From Octopus vulgaris (lineage: Eukaryota): a DNA stretch of 64,000 nt. Made by a program: the position numbers and the translations under genes. The notes below the pieces were generated by a model that worked only from the letters and a program-made list of their open reading frames with translations, was not told the DNA's origin and searched no databases. The stretch lies in assembly GCA_951406725.2 (NCBI GenBank), contig OX597814.1, positions 84,196,001 to 84,260,000 on the forward strand. Reading direction: 5' to 3'. Positions 41,711 to 55,784 of the stretch are shown here, piece after piece. The first letter of the stretch is position 1; the number at the start of each line of letters is the position of its first letter.

Positions 41711-43814
41711 TAATGGTTTAAAATTTTGACACAAGGCCAGTAATTTCTGGGGAAGAAGTTGATTACATCGACCCCAGCCTTCAACTGATCCTTATTTTTT
41801 TATAATAATCTTTTATCTTTTATCTTTGACTTGTTCCAATCGTTAGACTGTAGCCATACTGGGGCACCGCCTTGAAGAACTTTTTGTCGAATGAATTAAC
41901 CCCAGGGCTTTTTTTAAAAGTCTGGTACGTATTCTATCGGTTTATTTTACAGAACCGCTAGATTACGGGGACATAAACACACCAACACCAGTTGTCAAGT
42001 AGTGGCGGGGGACAAATACAGACACAACATACACACAAACACACATACACACATACGCACATATATATACATATATACGACGTACTTCTTTCAGTTCCCG
42101 TGTACCAAATCTACTCACAAGTCTTTGCTCGGCCCAATGCTATAATGGGTAACACTCATCCAAGGTGCCCCGCACTGGGACTGAACTGGGAACCATGTGG
42201 TTGGGAAGCAAGCTTCTTACAGATCCTGCTCCTTATCACGTTCCACGAAGGCTATACTAATTACTTTTACTGTTCTTGAGCTATTATGAGAGTGATTGGC
42301 TGACAGTTGATAATTTCAGAGTAGTCCCTTCTCCTAGAGATGAGAAACACTATGATATCTTTCTGTTGGTTGGAATGGGTATCCGTAGTAAGTAAAAGAG
42401 ATGAAAAGGGAGAAATAAGGGAAGAGAACTTGATGAATTTGATGCGGATAGAATCTAGCCCGAGAGGTACTACATCAGCATTCTAAAAGCACCATTTTCC
42501 GGCCAAGTCAGACAAACCAACAAAACCCACGTATACGTAAAAATATCTGTTGCGTCGGTATATGTCTGTTGCTTCATATACATTAAATACTGTGTTAAGA
42601 TGCAAACAAACAATAATAAATACAAAGGAACAGCAACTGTCACTTTCTGAGTGAATCCACATTAATCATTTCGGTCACCACCAGAATCTGCACACAAATA
42701 TGTGGACATACAGATATGGCAACGAGGGAACTTACATGCAGTTGCGCAACTTGATAGAAACAATAGCCAAATCTATTTCGAATCATTCCCTCTTCATTCA
42801 GTGCATCGTAGCCATCAAGTACTGTTGTTATCTTGCATTTACAAGATTTTGAGCTAATAGCGTGCGAAGCGCCGTTCTGCACAAAATGCGACACATTTTT
42901 AGCTAAAAGGAAAGGAGCAACTTGAAATGAAGTGCTTTGCTCAAGGACATAAATTTCCGCTCGTTTGGGAATGGAACGGACGAGCCTGCGATCGTGAGGA
43001 GAATAGCCTAACAACCATGTCATGCACCCATATAATCACACCTTACCATCTAAAAAAGGGCAGGAGAGATTAGATAATGTAGTACTTGATATACTATGTC
43101 TAAAAATAAGACTGGATGATCATGGCCGGAAAGCCTTTGATCCTATGTCAAGTCGGTAAGAACAAATTTGTGGTTAAACAACAACAAGCATACAGAAATA
43201 GAATGGGCAGTAGAAAGAATGCATACGAGACTGCCATTCTGCACTGCATATTCATCACATCGTTTTGGAGCGTTCATATGTTTCTCATCTAGATAGAAAC
43301 ATGGCATATTCGGAACAGCAAGTCTGTATGTCACACCTAATCTTTCGGCTGACTACCTACCGTTCGAACAACTAATACAACAGTCCCTGCTCCATATATG
43401 TAGCTGGCTACTTACTATCTCCGCCTCATCCGACACAATGCAAACTTCTTCCCTTCACTCATCATCACAAAAAAGCCGATTGCTACTCTTCGCCTGACAT
43501 TTCCTCTTCGGAGCTGCAACACTTTTTTCCTACAGGTGTCAGCCTATAGAAGCTCAATTTAACTTTCAACTGTATAAACTTCATTAACCTTGAAAAGCCT
43601 GTAAAGACTATGGGTGCCGCTCCTTTCCTTTTGACTCTATAATAAAAGAACTGTCATTCTATACATTTCAGCAACTAATAAGGCTATTCTACTTCACTAG
43701 TGTTTGAAAATAAAACTCGTTTGGATGCTTGCATGGGTATGTTTCGGATGTACGTATGTTTGTGATTGTGCGTGTTTGATTGTCCGTGTATAGCTGTGTT
43801 GTATGTAATATACA

Positions 43815-44145
43815 GGGAAGGAGAAAATAACCTTTGAAGAGCCCCCTGCTATGGAAGAAGTTGAAAACTTCTGGAAAAATATCTGGAGTGATGAAAAGAC
43901 TTGTATGTATGTATGATAGACTGGAGTAGACGCACAGAAGGATCCTACCAAAACTTACACGAACAAGCATGGGAAAATATCTCAGTTGCAGACCTAAGAA
44001 TGTCACTGGTAATGATAGGGTGCCAAATTTCTGGCTCGCCTCACTCCCGCACTGCGCACACGAAAAGTTAGTCCAGTTATTCAATAAAATTATGAGAGAT
44101 CCTACGAAAACACCTGATTGGTTAGCAAGAGATATTTCTTACCTA
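43815..44145 (+). repeat. Near-identical duplicate of 39892-40220 (decayed Dong-like RT N-terminal segment)
   Basis: About 330 bp with only a handful of differences and the same disabling lesions as the 39892 copy. Confidence 0.9.
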
Positions 44146-44405
44146 ACAATATTACCATACGTCGAAAACCTCAATGTGATTTCTCAAGCTGCTAGATTTA
44201 GCAGCCAAATATCCATCATTTCAAATCTACAGTATTTAAAAAAGAAATAATACATTAAATGATATAGTTCAAGTTACGCAAAAAAAGAGATGGTCACTTC
44301 CGGGACGCCTTTAGTCTGCTCCATCATGACTGACCTTGAATTAACCAACAACTTTCGAATTAGCACGCATACACACACATACACACACACATACATGTGC
44401 GCGCC

Positions 44406-44441
<36 letters not shown>

Positions 44442-44826
44442 TGTACGCACCCAAACACACTCACACACATGTGTATGTACCCACACATACACCTAATCAC
44501 ACATATGCGCGCATACTGAGAAACACCTAATCTAGATTTTCTGCCGTATTTTGCCTCATTAATTTCCCTGAAATCCAATTAAGTTTTGTTTTGTTTGATG
44601 TGTTTCGGTTTTCTCTATCTATATCAGACAATTTGTATATCTTGAAGAGGATCTCATTACATCTACATGTTGTATAGCAGAGCATTGCACAGCAAGACAC
44701 AGACGACGACTGCTTGTAGTGGGATTCTACAAATGAATCAACCGTACAGAATTATTACAATCTGTTCAAGTCTTCTTATATGGAGTGTTTAAAAAGGGGT
44801 GCCGAAGATGTTGCTATTGCTGTTGC

Positions 44827-44874
<48 letters not shown>

Positions 44875-47800
44875 ACCACAGGTCAGCTCTCAAAAGTGTT
44901 CCAGCTGTGACTATCCTGTCATTTTGTATCTCAAGGGGCTACATTGTCCAATCTGACCTTTTTTTGTTTTGTTTTGTTTGTTTTTAAAGAGCAGGTTGTG
45001 AGTTTGAGACAAATTTGACTTTTATCTCTAGCAGACTGGGCGACCGCGTAGAGGTTCTTTCATCTGTTCGCCACGCTCCCTCGAAATGATTGAGAGAAGT
45101 GGGTTCAAATTATACTTATAATTAACAATTTAGATCAGCGCTTTTCAGCGGACAGTTACCAGACCAACCTCCTCCTTTAAAAATATAAATTAGCGAAACT
45201 CACCCTTCCTACCAGTGAGGAAACAAAATAGAGTTTAACCTTTTAACAGTGAAATTAAATTTCATGGTTATTCTATTAATGATGCTAAATATCAACCAAA
45301 AATAGAACTGGTATTTTCTCCAAGTGGCTTTATCTCAGTAAACATCTTATCAAGAAATTGTTTTAAACATGAAGTTCCTCGACAAAAGATGGATTGGTAT
45401 ATAAAATTGCTTTCCGCAGTAAAGTGTAATGAAATTGTGAGTGGATATAGCTGATTTATGCAATAAAACGGATAAATAAATCATTCTTTTTTCTATATAT
45501 GATGTTGGACAATTTTGAAGAGTTTAAAATCATTAATTTTATTAAACGTGGCACTTTGTAAGCCTCTTTTTCGCTCCTTAAAGCCCTTTTTCTGTTGAGA
45601 AACACTGGTTTGTATGAGGTAACGGTGATAATTTATTTAGGGAATTATGATTTCAGGTGTTTAATCACTTTGGATAGGGTCTTTGTTGGAGTATTGCGTT
45701 CAGGATTTTTATTTATTTATTTTAATAGCTTATAGTGATTCCAATACTTATTTCATTCAAGTAATGTTTTTATCGATTTACAGATTATCGATGGGTTAAT
45801 TTACAATTTTAAGACAGCACTGGTTTTCTTGTTTTTGTTTTGTTTTGTTTGTATTAATTAATTTGTTTGTTTGTTTGTTTGTTTTGTGACCAGCGGTTAA
45901 ATGCATAAACATAAATACGGGTACATACAAACGCACTAACATATTCCGTTATTCTATTACCAGTTTCAGTTTGAAGCTATGGCCATTCAAGGGTATCGAT
46001 TAACGCCAATGTTTGCGTATTTTAAATTCACTGCCTGGTTTTGATTCCGGAATCGGCTTGATGAAGTAGTGAGTTGAACAGAACTCCCCTTCTTTATATT
46101 TCTTATCATGGTGTGGGTTCTTCTGGCATATTACATAAAAAATTTGTCCAGTTGAACACAACCACATCTACATCTTGTGGACCTCTGAGGCCTTTTGGCA
46201 ATATATCGAAAAGTTTTGGACCTTTGAACTTTAAACTGTAACAATATTGGGTCCTTTACTCTGGACGGAGATGGCGGGATCTTTGATACTATACAATGGC
46301 GTCCTCTCCAGTATAGCTTTCAATCCCAAAGTATGTATATGAGATCGAACAAAGGAATATACTACCCATCCTTGACATCTGCAGACTGAATAGCAAAGTA
46401 AGTTCAACATCACCACACACACCTCCATCTCCATATAACACGTGGTTACAAAGCGAACTTCTTTATCCCATAGTTATGTCTGTGCCTGGGTTTATTTATA
46501 ATTACTATCTTATTTTACTATCTCAACGTTATGAAATAAAAAGATTAAATGTCTATAAATAGTTCATTTTTCTCTTTTATTTTCTTCTTTTTCCTTTTCT
46601 GTTTCTTCTATTTGTTTTCATTTTCTTTTAGAAGTTTTTCTCCTCATTTTTCTATCATCGTTTAATTTTACTTTTCTTCTTTGTGCTTATTCTTTTTTAT
46701 ATATATAATTCTTTTGTGCTTTTCTCCTTCCTTTTTTTTCATTCTTGCTTTCTTTTCATGTTAGTATTTGTATAAAGAAATCCATCATCCCAAGCATTCT
46801 TACTTTATGTCGTCTGCACCTTTGAGAGTTATCTGTTAAGGTCCATGAATAACCACCCTGCTCTCAGAAATTCACTGATTATATCATTTTTCTCTTTTAA
46901 TCATATTTACGAACTTCATTAAACAATCTTACTGCTAATCGTACGCAACCAACAAAACAAAAAGAAGAAATCGTCCACGAGAACAAACATCAAACGTGAA
47001 TATTTTAAAAGAGAGGGGAAAAAAGGGAATAATATTCGTGATCTTTTCCAAAAGTAATTGTATTTTTTCCAACATTGTTGGAGGTGGGAGCGGTCGAATG
47101 GCCAAGTTCCAAGAGTTCTTGCTTCTGAAAATTACTTTGGTGTATTATTTGTAGCGTTTGAGTATTTAGGCAGAAAATATTAATTTCTTACAAACGATAA
47201 AAAGTATAAGATTTTAAAGGGAGAGAAAAGGAGAAGTGAAGTTCATATAGTAGAATATTCATATATATATACATTCAGTAGTAATTCAGGATCTATTATA
47301 ACTCCTTATACTTTAACTTAGTTTTTTCAACTAAGAATACAGCTCGACTAAAATTGAGAAACAACTGAGAGGGGGCCACAAAAACCAGGTTTTGAAAAAT
47401 CCACTAATATATCTTCTTCGAATTCTTGTCAATATTTAAAGTTTCACCTCTCAGTTCTCGTCGTTTGCTGTCTCAGCAGACATTTGATCTCTTCTGTTCC
47501 AATTAACTCGGCTTGCTAAAATTAACAACTGAAACCTCTTCAAATATCACTCTACCCTCTTAAAGATGGATGAATTTGGTCTTCCCGACCTGGAACTGCA
47601 CCTGCAGAGTTCCCATTTTAAACAGTACTCTATGTCCAATCAAATGTTCTTGGAGCATTTTTGTCTCATGACTTACCAGAATGGCACTCGGATATTCAAT
47701 CAACTGAAGATATCCGACAAATGACGAGAAATAAGAAGCAAATATTCTCACTCTAAAACATTATTTGTCAAAAAGGGATATTGTTATCCATATCTCCTGG

Positions 47801-48021
47801 TCGCTTTCTAGTTAAGTGTCTAACCATATTACTTCTAAACTTTTCAAGAATGTAGAGCTTCTAAAGCATAGGACGGTGTATAGGCTAATTATTACATAAA
47901 AAATTCTCGATTGCACCATATTAAAATTAGTAGTGGGATGGATGTCATGTCCCAATTAGATCGATACCCGGTGTGCTAATGATTCTGTTAGCTCAAAGCT
48001 TTAATAATAATAATAATAATA

Positions 48022-48413
<392 letters not shown>

Positions 48414-48737
48414 AGAAGAAGAAGAAGAAGAAGAAGAAGAAGAAGAAGAAGAAGAAGAAGAAGAAGAAGAAGAAGAAGAAGAAGAAGAAGAAGAAGAAGA
48501 AGAAGAAGAAGAAGAAGAAGAAGAGGAACGATTTCAAATTTTGGCACAAGGCCAGCAAGTTCGAGGAAGGGATAAGTCGGTTACACTGATTCCAGTGTTC
48601 AACTAGTACTTATTTCATCGACTCCGAGAGGTGGAAAGGCAAAGTCGACCGCGACGGAATTTGAACTCTGAACGTAAATGCAGCCAAACATTTTCCCGGT
48701 GCGCTAACGATTTTACCAGCTCGCCTCCCTAATAATG

Positions 48738-48827
<90 letters not shown>

Positions 48828-48831
<4 letters not shown>

Positions 48832-49292
48832 GATGGGCTACAGCAAATATTCTGCTCAATACCACAGATTTGCTTGTCAGTTGTTTGACCTTAACCAGTT
48901 GAGCATGTCCCTCAGTGGCTGACGATATGTGCATCTCTGATCACGAGCAGAAGTAGTGGAGGAGCATCATAGCCATGTGTTGAGAGGGATTCTTTGGGGT
49001 TTGAATAATTCACCTCTGGAAACATGGGTGGTTCTTTCAACATCCTTAAACAACCCTTATTCAGGGACCTTTTGAGCGGGATGGGCTACTCAACCTGAAG
49101 AAAATTCTAACTGGGCCCCACCTGCAAGGTCATGTGCTGTTTATCTTGATATGAGATCACCATGTCGCGCACATATGGTTGTGATGCATATGCCTGGTGT
49201 ACCCTTATCAGACGGGTAGTCATGATTGGTATATTGGGCTTCGTATATTTTACCCCAGTGTCACTTTGATGGCATGAACTGCTCTCTCACTC
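48828..49292 (+). mobile_element. About 465-bp non-coding insert in (TAA)n, probably the 3'UTR or a non-autonomous derivative of a TAA-targeting retroelement
   Basis: Complex sequence bounded sharply on both sides by (TAA)n; no ORF. Identity is inferred. Confidence 0.5.
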
Positions 49293-49351
<59 letters not shown>

Positions 49352-51619
49352 GGCCCATAATTGGAAATCCCCCGGTAAAGATAGGGTGCCGAATTTCTGG
49401 CTCGCATCGCTCCCATGCGCACACGGTAAGCTAGTTCAGCTGCTCAATGGAATTATGAGAGATCCAAAGAAAACACCTGAATGGTTAGCAAGTAGTATTA
49501 CTTACCTACTCCCAAAGAATAACGAAACTAACCTTCCAAAAAACTATCGGCCTATAACCTGTCTATCCACCACGTATAAAATCCTAACATCTATCCTGGC
49601 GGAGAAAACATATGCATTCATGGAGAAGAACGATATTTTCCCCATTGAACAAAAAGGGTGCCGCCGAGGCTCTTATGGATGCAAAGATCAACTGCTAATT
49701 AATCGTATGATTCTTGAGAACTGTCACAACAAGCGCAGAAATCTCAGCTCCGCATGGATTGACTATAAAAAGGCCTTCGACAGTATACCGCATCCATGGA
49801 TCTTGAGATCGCTGGACATCTTCAAAATTTCCCCTGTGATTTCAAACTTCCTGAAGCACAATATGTCGTTGTGGAATACGAATCTCCAATTATACCACTC
49901 TAATGGAGTGCTTGCCTCAGAAAATATAAACATCAACTGTGGAATTTTTCAAGGTGACTCACTTTCACCTTTAATATTCTGCATAGCCCTAATACCCCTT
50001 ACAAGTGAATTAAACAGAACAGGGTATGGGTATAAAATTGCCAATAAAAAAATAAGCCATCTATTTTATATGGATGACTTAAAACTTTATGGTAAAGACA
50101 ATAATGAATTTGAAGGCCTATTACGCACTGTGAAAGCATTCAGCGATGACATCGGGATGGAGTTTGGACTTGAGAAGTGTGCCAAGGCCACTTTCCAGAA
50201 AGGGAAAGTGAAGACCACAAATTCAGTCGTGTTAGATGTTGACACAGTCATAAGAGAGCTTGAGCAAGAACAAACATACAAATATTTAGGGATAAATGAA
50301 GGCTCTGGTATTCAGCATGCAAGCATGAAAGAGAAGATCAGGAAGGAATGTTATAGGAGAGTTCGTGCAATCCTGAAATCTGAACTAAATGCACGTAACA
50401 AGGTGTTAGCTATAAATTCCTTAGCAGTTCCAGTTTTTACTTATAGCTACAATGTGTTGAATTGGAATATGAGTGAAGTAAAGAATATAGATAGGAAAAT
50501 ACGCAAACTGCTGAGTTGTAATAGGATGCACCACCCAAAGGCAGACGTAGATCGCCTTTACCTTCCCAGAGCCCAAGGAGGTCGAGGCCTGATCCAATTT
50601 GAACTAGCTTACAAAACAACCACAATTGGACTGGTCAAATATCTCGAAATAACGAATGACTGAATGCTAAAGCTCGTGGAAAATCACGAGAGACGAAAGA
50701 AGCTTCATTCTATCATAAAGGAAAGCAAAAAATTTGCTATTGATCTCGTGCAGGATACCCAAACTGAACAACCCGAGGAAGCACGGCAACTATTGTTGCA
50801 AAGAAGGTGAAAATAATGGCAACGAAAAAAGCGCACGAGCAATTGGCTGATAGATGGGAGGAGAAACCTCTGCACGGCAAATATGTGGCCCGCAGCAAAC
50901 AAGCTGATGTTGACCAGAAGAAAACCCATCAGTGGCTACGGAGCTCAGGGCTAAAAGCAGAGAGCGAAGGTTTCATCCTGGCTGCTCAAGATCAAAGCCT
51001 ATTAACCCGGAACTACTGGGCGAATGTGATGAAAAATGGAGCAGACCCAAAATGCCGATTCTGCAACGACATGATTGAAACAGTGGACCACCTAATCTCT
51101 GGATGTAAAGTCTTAGCACCAGTGGAGTATAAATTAAGACATGACAGAGTTGGCCAATATCTACACTGGCTAATAAGTCGGCATTACAATATCAAAACTG
51201 CCGACAAGTGGTATAATCACCACCCTGAGGCTGTAACTGAAGGAGAAAATGTAACCATTCTGTGGGACTTTCCAGTACATACAGACCGAACCATCAAGGC
51301 CAATAAACCAGATATTGTTGTGAAAGACCAAAACAATAAAGTTTGCTTATTGATCGACATGAGCATCCCCTGTGATCATAATATCTCAGCGAAGGAGTTT
51401 GACAAGCTCAGAAAATATAAAGACCTACTCATTGAAATTGAGAAAATGTGGCATCTCAAGGCAGTTACAATACCAGTGATCGTAGGAGCACTAGGAATGA
51501 TCAAGAAGGGAACCGAAAATTATATGAGAATGATCCCTGGCTTACCATCCCTGCAAGAAGTGAAAAAGATTGTCTTAACTGGTACATCACACGTATTGAG
51601 AACAGCATTGTCGATGTGA
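49352..51619 (+). pseudogene. Disrupted RT-RLE ORF of the Dong-like element
   Basis: Frame open from the TAA junction; one premature TGA at 50661-50663 (probably from TGG) and one frameshift near 50780 separate ORF-track pieces 49386-50663 and 50807-51619. Confidence 0.88.
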
Positions 51620-51797
51620 GAACTGTTGCTGCTCATGTATTTTAATTTAACTTTAAAAATTTTTTTTTTTTTAAATGAACTAACTATTGAGTTTGGTTTA
51701 ATGGCCTACCAATGTATACTATGAGTTTCTTTGCCCTAGGAGTCGGGAAGACACTCGGCAAGAAATGGAAGCAAATTTGAAAGAAGAAGAAAAAAAG
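49352..51797 (+). mobile_element. 5'-truncated R4/Dong-like non-LTR retrotransposon (RT plus restriction-like endonuclease) inserted in (TAA)n
   Basis: RT motifs NYRPITCL, WIDYKKAFDSIPH, GIFQGDSLSPL, HLFYMDDLKL. CCHC knuckle CRFC..ETVDHLISGC, RHD, and KPDIVV..LIDMSIP..KY (PD-(D/E)xK RLE). Flanked on both sides by pure (TAA)n (49293-49351, 51799-51880). Confidence 0.92.
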
Positions 51798-51881
<84 letters not shown>

Positions 51882-52112
51882 GCAGTGACAACAATAACAA
51901 CAACAGCAATACAAGTCTTAAAATAAAAATGTTGGAGCACACGATATCGAAATACAAATTGTCGTGGGTTCCTATTTACCAGCGTGTTACTTAAACGACT
52001 GATAAATCAACAGATTGATTTACTCTTTGCGTTTCAATGTAAGTCCTTAAGAAATTAAAAGTTTTTTTTTTTAAATGGTTACAGATCTTATCGTTATGAA
52101 AAAACTGAAAAA

Positions 52113-52320
52113 TATGCTGTTGTGTCTGGGGAGAGTCATTTTCTTATAATTTAACACACTCACCGGTAAAATTTCAACTTATTTTCGTAAAATTTTGGTT
52201 GCAAGACGCAACGAAAATTTTAGGAAAATAAAAATAAAAAATAAGTGGAAATTTTACCGGTGGGTGTGTTAGATTATAAGACACAAAATGAAAATGACTC
52301 TCCTCAGACACAACAGAATA
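52113..52320. mobile_element. Palindromic MITE
   Basis: Long imperfect inverted arms CTGTTGTGTCTGGGGAGAGTCATTTTC..CACCGGTAAAATTT / AAATTTTACCGGTG..GAAAATGACTCTCCTCAGACACAACAG, TA-flanked, non-coding. Confidence 0.8.
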
Positions 52321-52603
52321 TGCTTCAACACACGAACTCATATAAAGAATCTTGCAAACCAAATCCCAAAACGGAAAATATGCTGTTTTTTTATAGTCAT
52401 TCATTAAATGGCCACAATGCTATAGATGTCTATGGTCGTTGGGGATAAAACAAAAATCATTAAGGATAATAGCAAACTTTAAACAGTGTGGCATTTAATA
52501 AACAAAAGTGAAATTTAATATTCATTATTAGTTTATAGCATTATTTGTGAACTTCAGCGTCTTTGGTTAAATATTTCCGATGGACAAATAACGAGTTCAT
52601 TGC

Positions 52604-52687
52604 TTTTACTGACAGCGAGAATGACAAAATGTATAATGCGATGCAGAATAAGAATAGCTCAAGGGATTTCATTTGCAAAGCATCGTT

Positions 52688-52759
<72 letters not shown>

Positions 52760-53113
52760 TCTCAGCGATGTTTATTTTCTAAGTAAAACATTTTATACCG
52801 ACTGACCTCCCTAAAAGCTAACACTGAAAACTGACCCACATACTTATATTAATAAGTGATTGTTACTATATTACATAACATTCTACACCCTCTAGACCTA
52901 GACTCTTTTATAGTTCAGGTATTTTCATTTTCATTTCACTAATCTTCTTATTGGATTGTCATTTGCTTGCGTTTTGTGCGTGTATATGTTACATGTATAC
53001 ACATTCTTGAGGAGATGAGTCTATTTGTGAAAGTCCGTGTGTACGTGTGTGCGCGTGTGTGCGAATGTGTGTGTATGTATATATGTATGCATGTATATAT
53101 ATGTATGTATGTG

Positions 53114-53161
<48 letters not shown>

Positions 53162-53271
53162 TGCATACATACATACATACATACATACATTTTACTGAGA
53201 ACGAGAATGACAACGTGTAATTCGATGCAGTATAAGAATAGCTCAAGGGGTTTCATTTGCGAAGCATGGTT

Positions 53272-53330
<59 letters not shown>

Positions 53331-53345
53331 CTCTTTCTCTCTCTG
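52604..53345 (+). repeat. Diverged direct repeat of about 90 bp plus (CT)n
   Basis: TTTTACTGA..GAGAATGACAA..GATGCAG.ATAAGAATAGCTCAAGGG.TTTCATTTGC.AAGCAT.GTTTCTCTC at about 52604 and 53190. Confidence 0.85.
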
Positions 53346-53769
53346 TATATGTATGTTTCTATTTATGCCTTTAAATAATTATAAGATTATTAGCTTTTTC
53401 CAAAGAGAAACCGAATTTTTAAACCAGCGCAACAACCATTTGCTGCAGGTACTCACGACTTTAGTACTCTGTGTGGTTGACCTTGGCTTTCAGACTTATA
53501 AGAGCAACAATACGACATGTCTCTTAGTCATCTGTCTACACATGCCACAGTGAACGTATTTTCAGTGCACTTGACGAACGATTGTTGCAAGTTGAACAAT
53601 GACTGATTTAGAATAAGAACGTGTTTGCGTGTAAGTTTGTTTCAAATTGAGAAAAACTTTTACGGAGAAACAGGTATGAGAGCAGAGTTGTTTTCAGCTG
53701 CACACGATGTCGCCAACACTGGTCTATCCACTTCATCAACCTCAAAACTTTCGTAAATATAATAAGGTA

Positions 53770-54025
53770 ACAGTAAAGATCCTTCCCTAGTCATACAGAC
53801 TCATAAGGGTCGGTTTCCCGGTTTCCATGACGTATATATTCCCTTACCTGGACGGAACGCCCGTCCGTCGCAGGATTACTCATTTTTTGCCAGCTGAGTG
53901 GACTGGAGCAATGTGAAATGAAGTGTTTTGCTCAAGAACACAACACGTTGTCCGGTCCTGGAATCGAAACCACAATCTTACGATCGTGAGTCCAACACCC
54001 TAATCACTAAGCCACGTGCCTCCAC
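53770..54025 (-). mobile_element. tRNA-derived SINE with a V-domain-like core
   Basis: tRNA head TGGCTTAGTGATTAGG..GGTTTCGATTCC, then CCTGCGACGGACGGGCGTTCCGTCCAGG..GGAAACCGGG. Related pieces at 24310-24495 and 42890-43030. Confidence 0.65.
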
Positions 54026-54059
54026 ATCATGAATATAATTCTTAACAATTGTGGCATAA

Positions 54060-54710
54060 TGCCAAGGAGTGTAATCTTGTTGAAACGCGAAAGTGATTAT
54101 TACTTAATATGCAGCTAGCCGATAAATCGGTTATGTAAAAAATGACCGACATCCATAAATCTTAGATTTGTCATACCCATCCAGACTTTAACCTTAGATG
54201 TGACCCTTTCCAAATGTTGAGCAAGGTTCTGTGAACGTTCATCTGTCCAAATACGGCAGTTGTGGTGATTTACTCTTTAACACATATAGAATATTATCTA
54301 ATCACGGAAATGTTTTCCTTAAAGTTTTTACTGTGAATGCATTCTCCAAAACAGTACGCGCTACACCTGTTGCAGGAAATCTCATGATAAATTTGCAAAT
54401 GATAACACTCTTTAAGCAAATACATTTCCAGAATTTTGAAAATGTGAGTCTCTGTGTTGCTGAAGGAAACAGATGTTCATGGATCCTCATTGAGAATTGG
54501 ATTCACTCACTACAATCACGTTTATCTTCTGACATATGTAGCCATCCGTATTTTTTATCGTGCACAGAGCCCATGTGTTTAAATGGGTTCATTAGCTTAT
54601 GTATTGTCTTCCCTGTCGAGCCTACTTTACTGAATCGCCTTTTAAACTTATTTCTCATGTCTGCCAGATTACTACTAATACACACTTACCCTGCATTTAA
54701 AATGTAGGTC
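54060..54710 (-). mobile_element. Decayed Tc1/mariner-superfamily transposase N-terminus (DUF4817-like HTH)
   Basis: RNKFKRRF..TIHKLMNPFKHMGSVHD resembles the R..F..RF..TI..L..KF..TGSV.D motif. Confidence 0.5.
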
Positions 54711-55181
54711 ACAAAATTAAATAAACAAGCGTGCGCTCACGGATAGATAGATAGATAGATAGGAACAGATATATATATTAGCGGTATTCGTCTTGAGAAA
54801 GCATCTCGTAAAGACGTTTAATGCTTAAAGACCCAGAAATATCAGTGACAGACGAAAATTGTTCAGTATCGGTGATGGAACTGCTAGATCACACGATTTC
54901 AGCGTATTTGATCTTCATCAGCAGAATGTATCAACTAGCACCGCATATTGGCCGGAGCTCGCTTCCACTGATGTATAGAAAAACAATGACTAATCAGGCA
55001 GCAGCATTAGTTCCGGTGATAGTGGTTACTTGCTGATGATTTGCAAACATGCTAACATCGATGCTGAACAATTTTCACTTGTCACTGATATGTCTGTGCC
55101 TTTAAGCACTAACCCTCTATGTGACGCAGTATAATGGCATTCTTATAATAAATTTAAGTTTAGGAGGTTATAAAGATTTCG

Positions 55182-55224
<43 letters not shown>

Positions 55225-55320
55225 TAATCCAAACATGAAAGCACAAAAAAACACAACAACGCGAGGACGTGGAACAAATATAGTATTATTGGACGCTCAG
55301 GAAAGAAGGAAAGAAGGAGG

Positions 55321-55355
55321 GTTAAACGTTTCGAGCGGAGCTCTTCGTCGGAAAC
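55321..55355 (-). ncRNA. Minimal hammerhead-like motif (U4C variant)
   Basis: GUUU-CCGACGA-A-GAGC(UCC)GCUC-GAAA-CG-UU-UAAC. Confidence 0.55.
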
Positions 55356-55421
55356 ATAGGAGAAGGAAAGATCCAGAGAAGGGAAGACAGAGGAAAAAAA
55401 TCGCCAACGGTACACACTCGG

Positions 55422-55541
<120 letters not shown>

Positions 55542-55573
55542 TTTATTTTCAGCAGCAGAAAATTCAACAAAAT

Positions 55574-55611
55574 CTGTTACTCTGAGTTTCTCGTTGCCGT
55601 TCATCAGACAG
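55574..55611 (-). ncRNA. Minimal type I hammerhead ribozyme motif
   Basis: CUGU-CUGAUGA-ACGGCAACGA-GAAA-CUCAGAG-UA-ACAG: intact core, stem I CUGU/ACAG, GNRA-capped stem II, near-palindromic stem III. Confidence 0.72.
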
Positions 55612-55673
55612 TTTTTGCTAGAATGGAACATATATATTAATTCTGTGTTTAAATGGAAAAAAGACTTCTGAAT

Positions 55674-55720
<47 letters not shown>

Positions 55721-55723
55721 CAT

Positions 55724-55784
<61 letters not shown>

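Noticed and set aside
49386-51619. RT plus nuclease as a retron-like, defence or domesticated gene
   Set aside because: Domain order, 5' truncation, stop, frameshift and multiple decayed copies all fit an ordinary RLE non-LTR retrotransposon.
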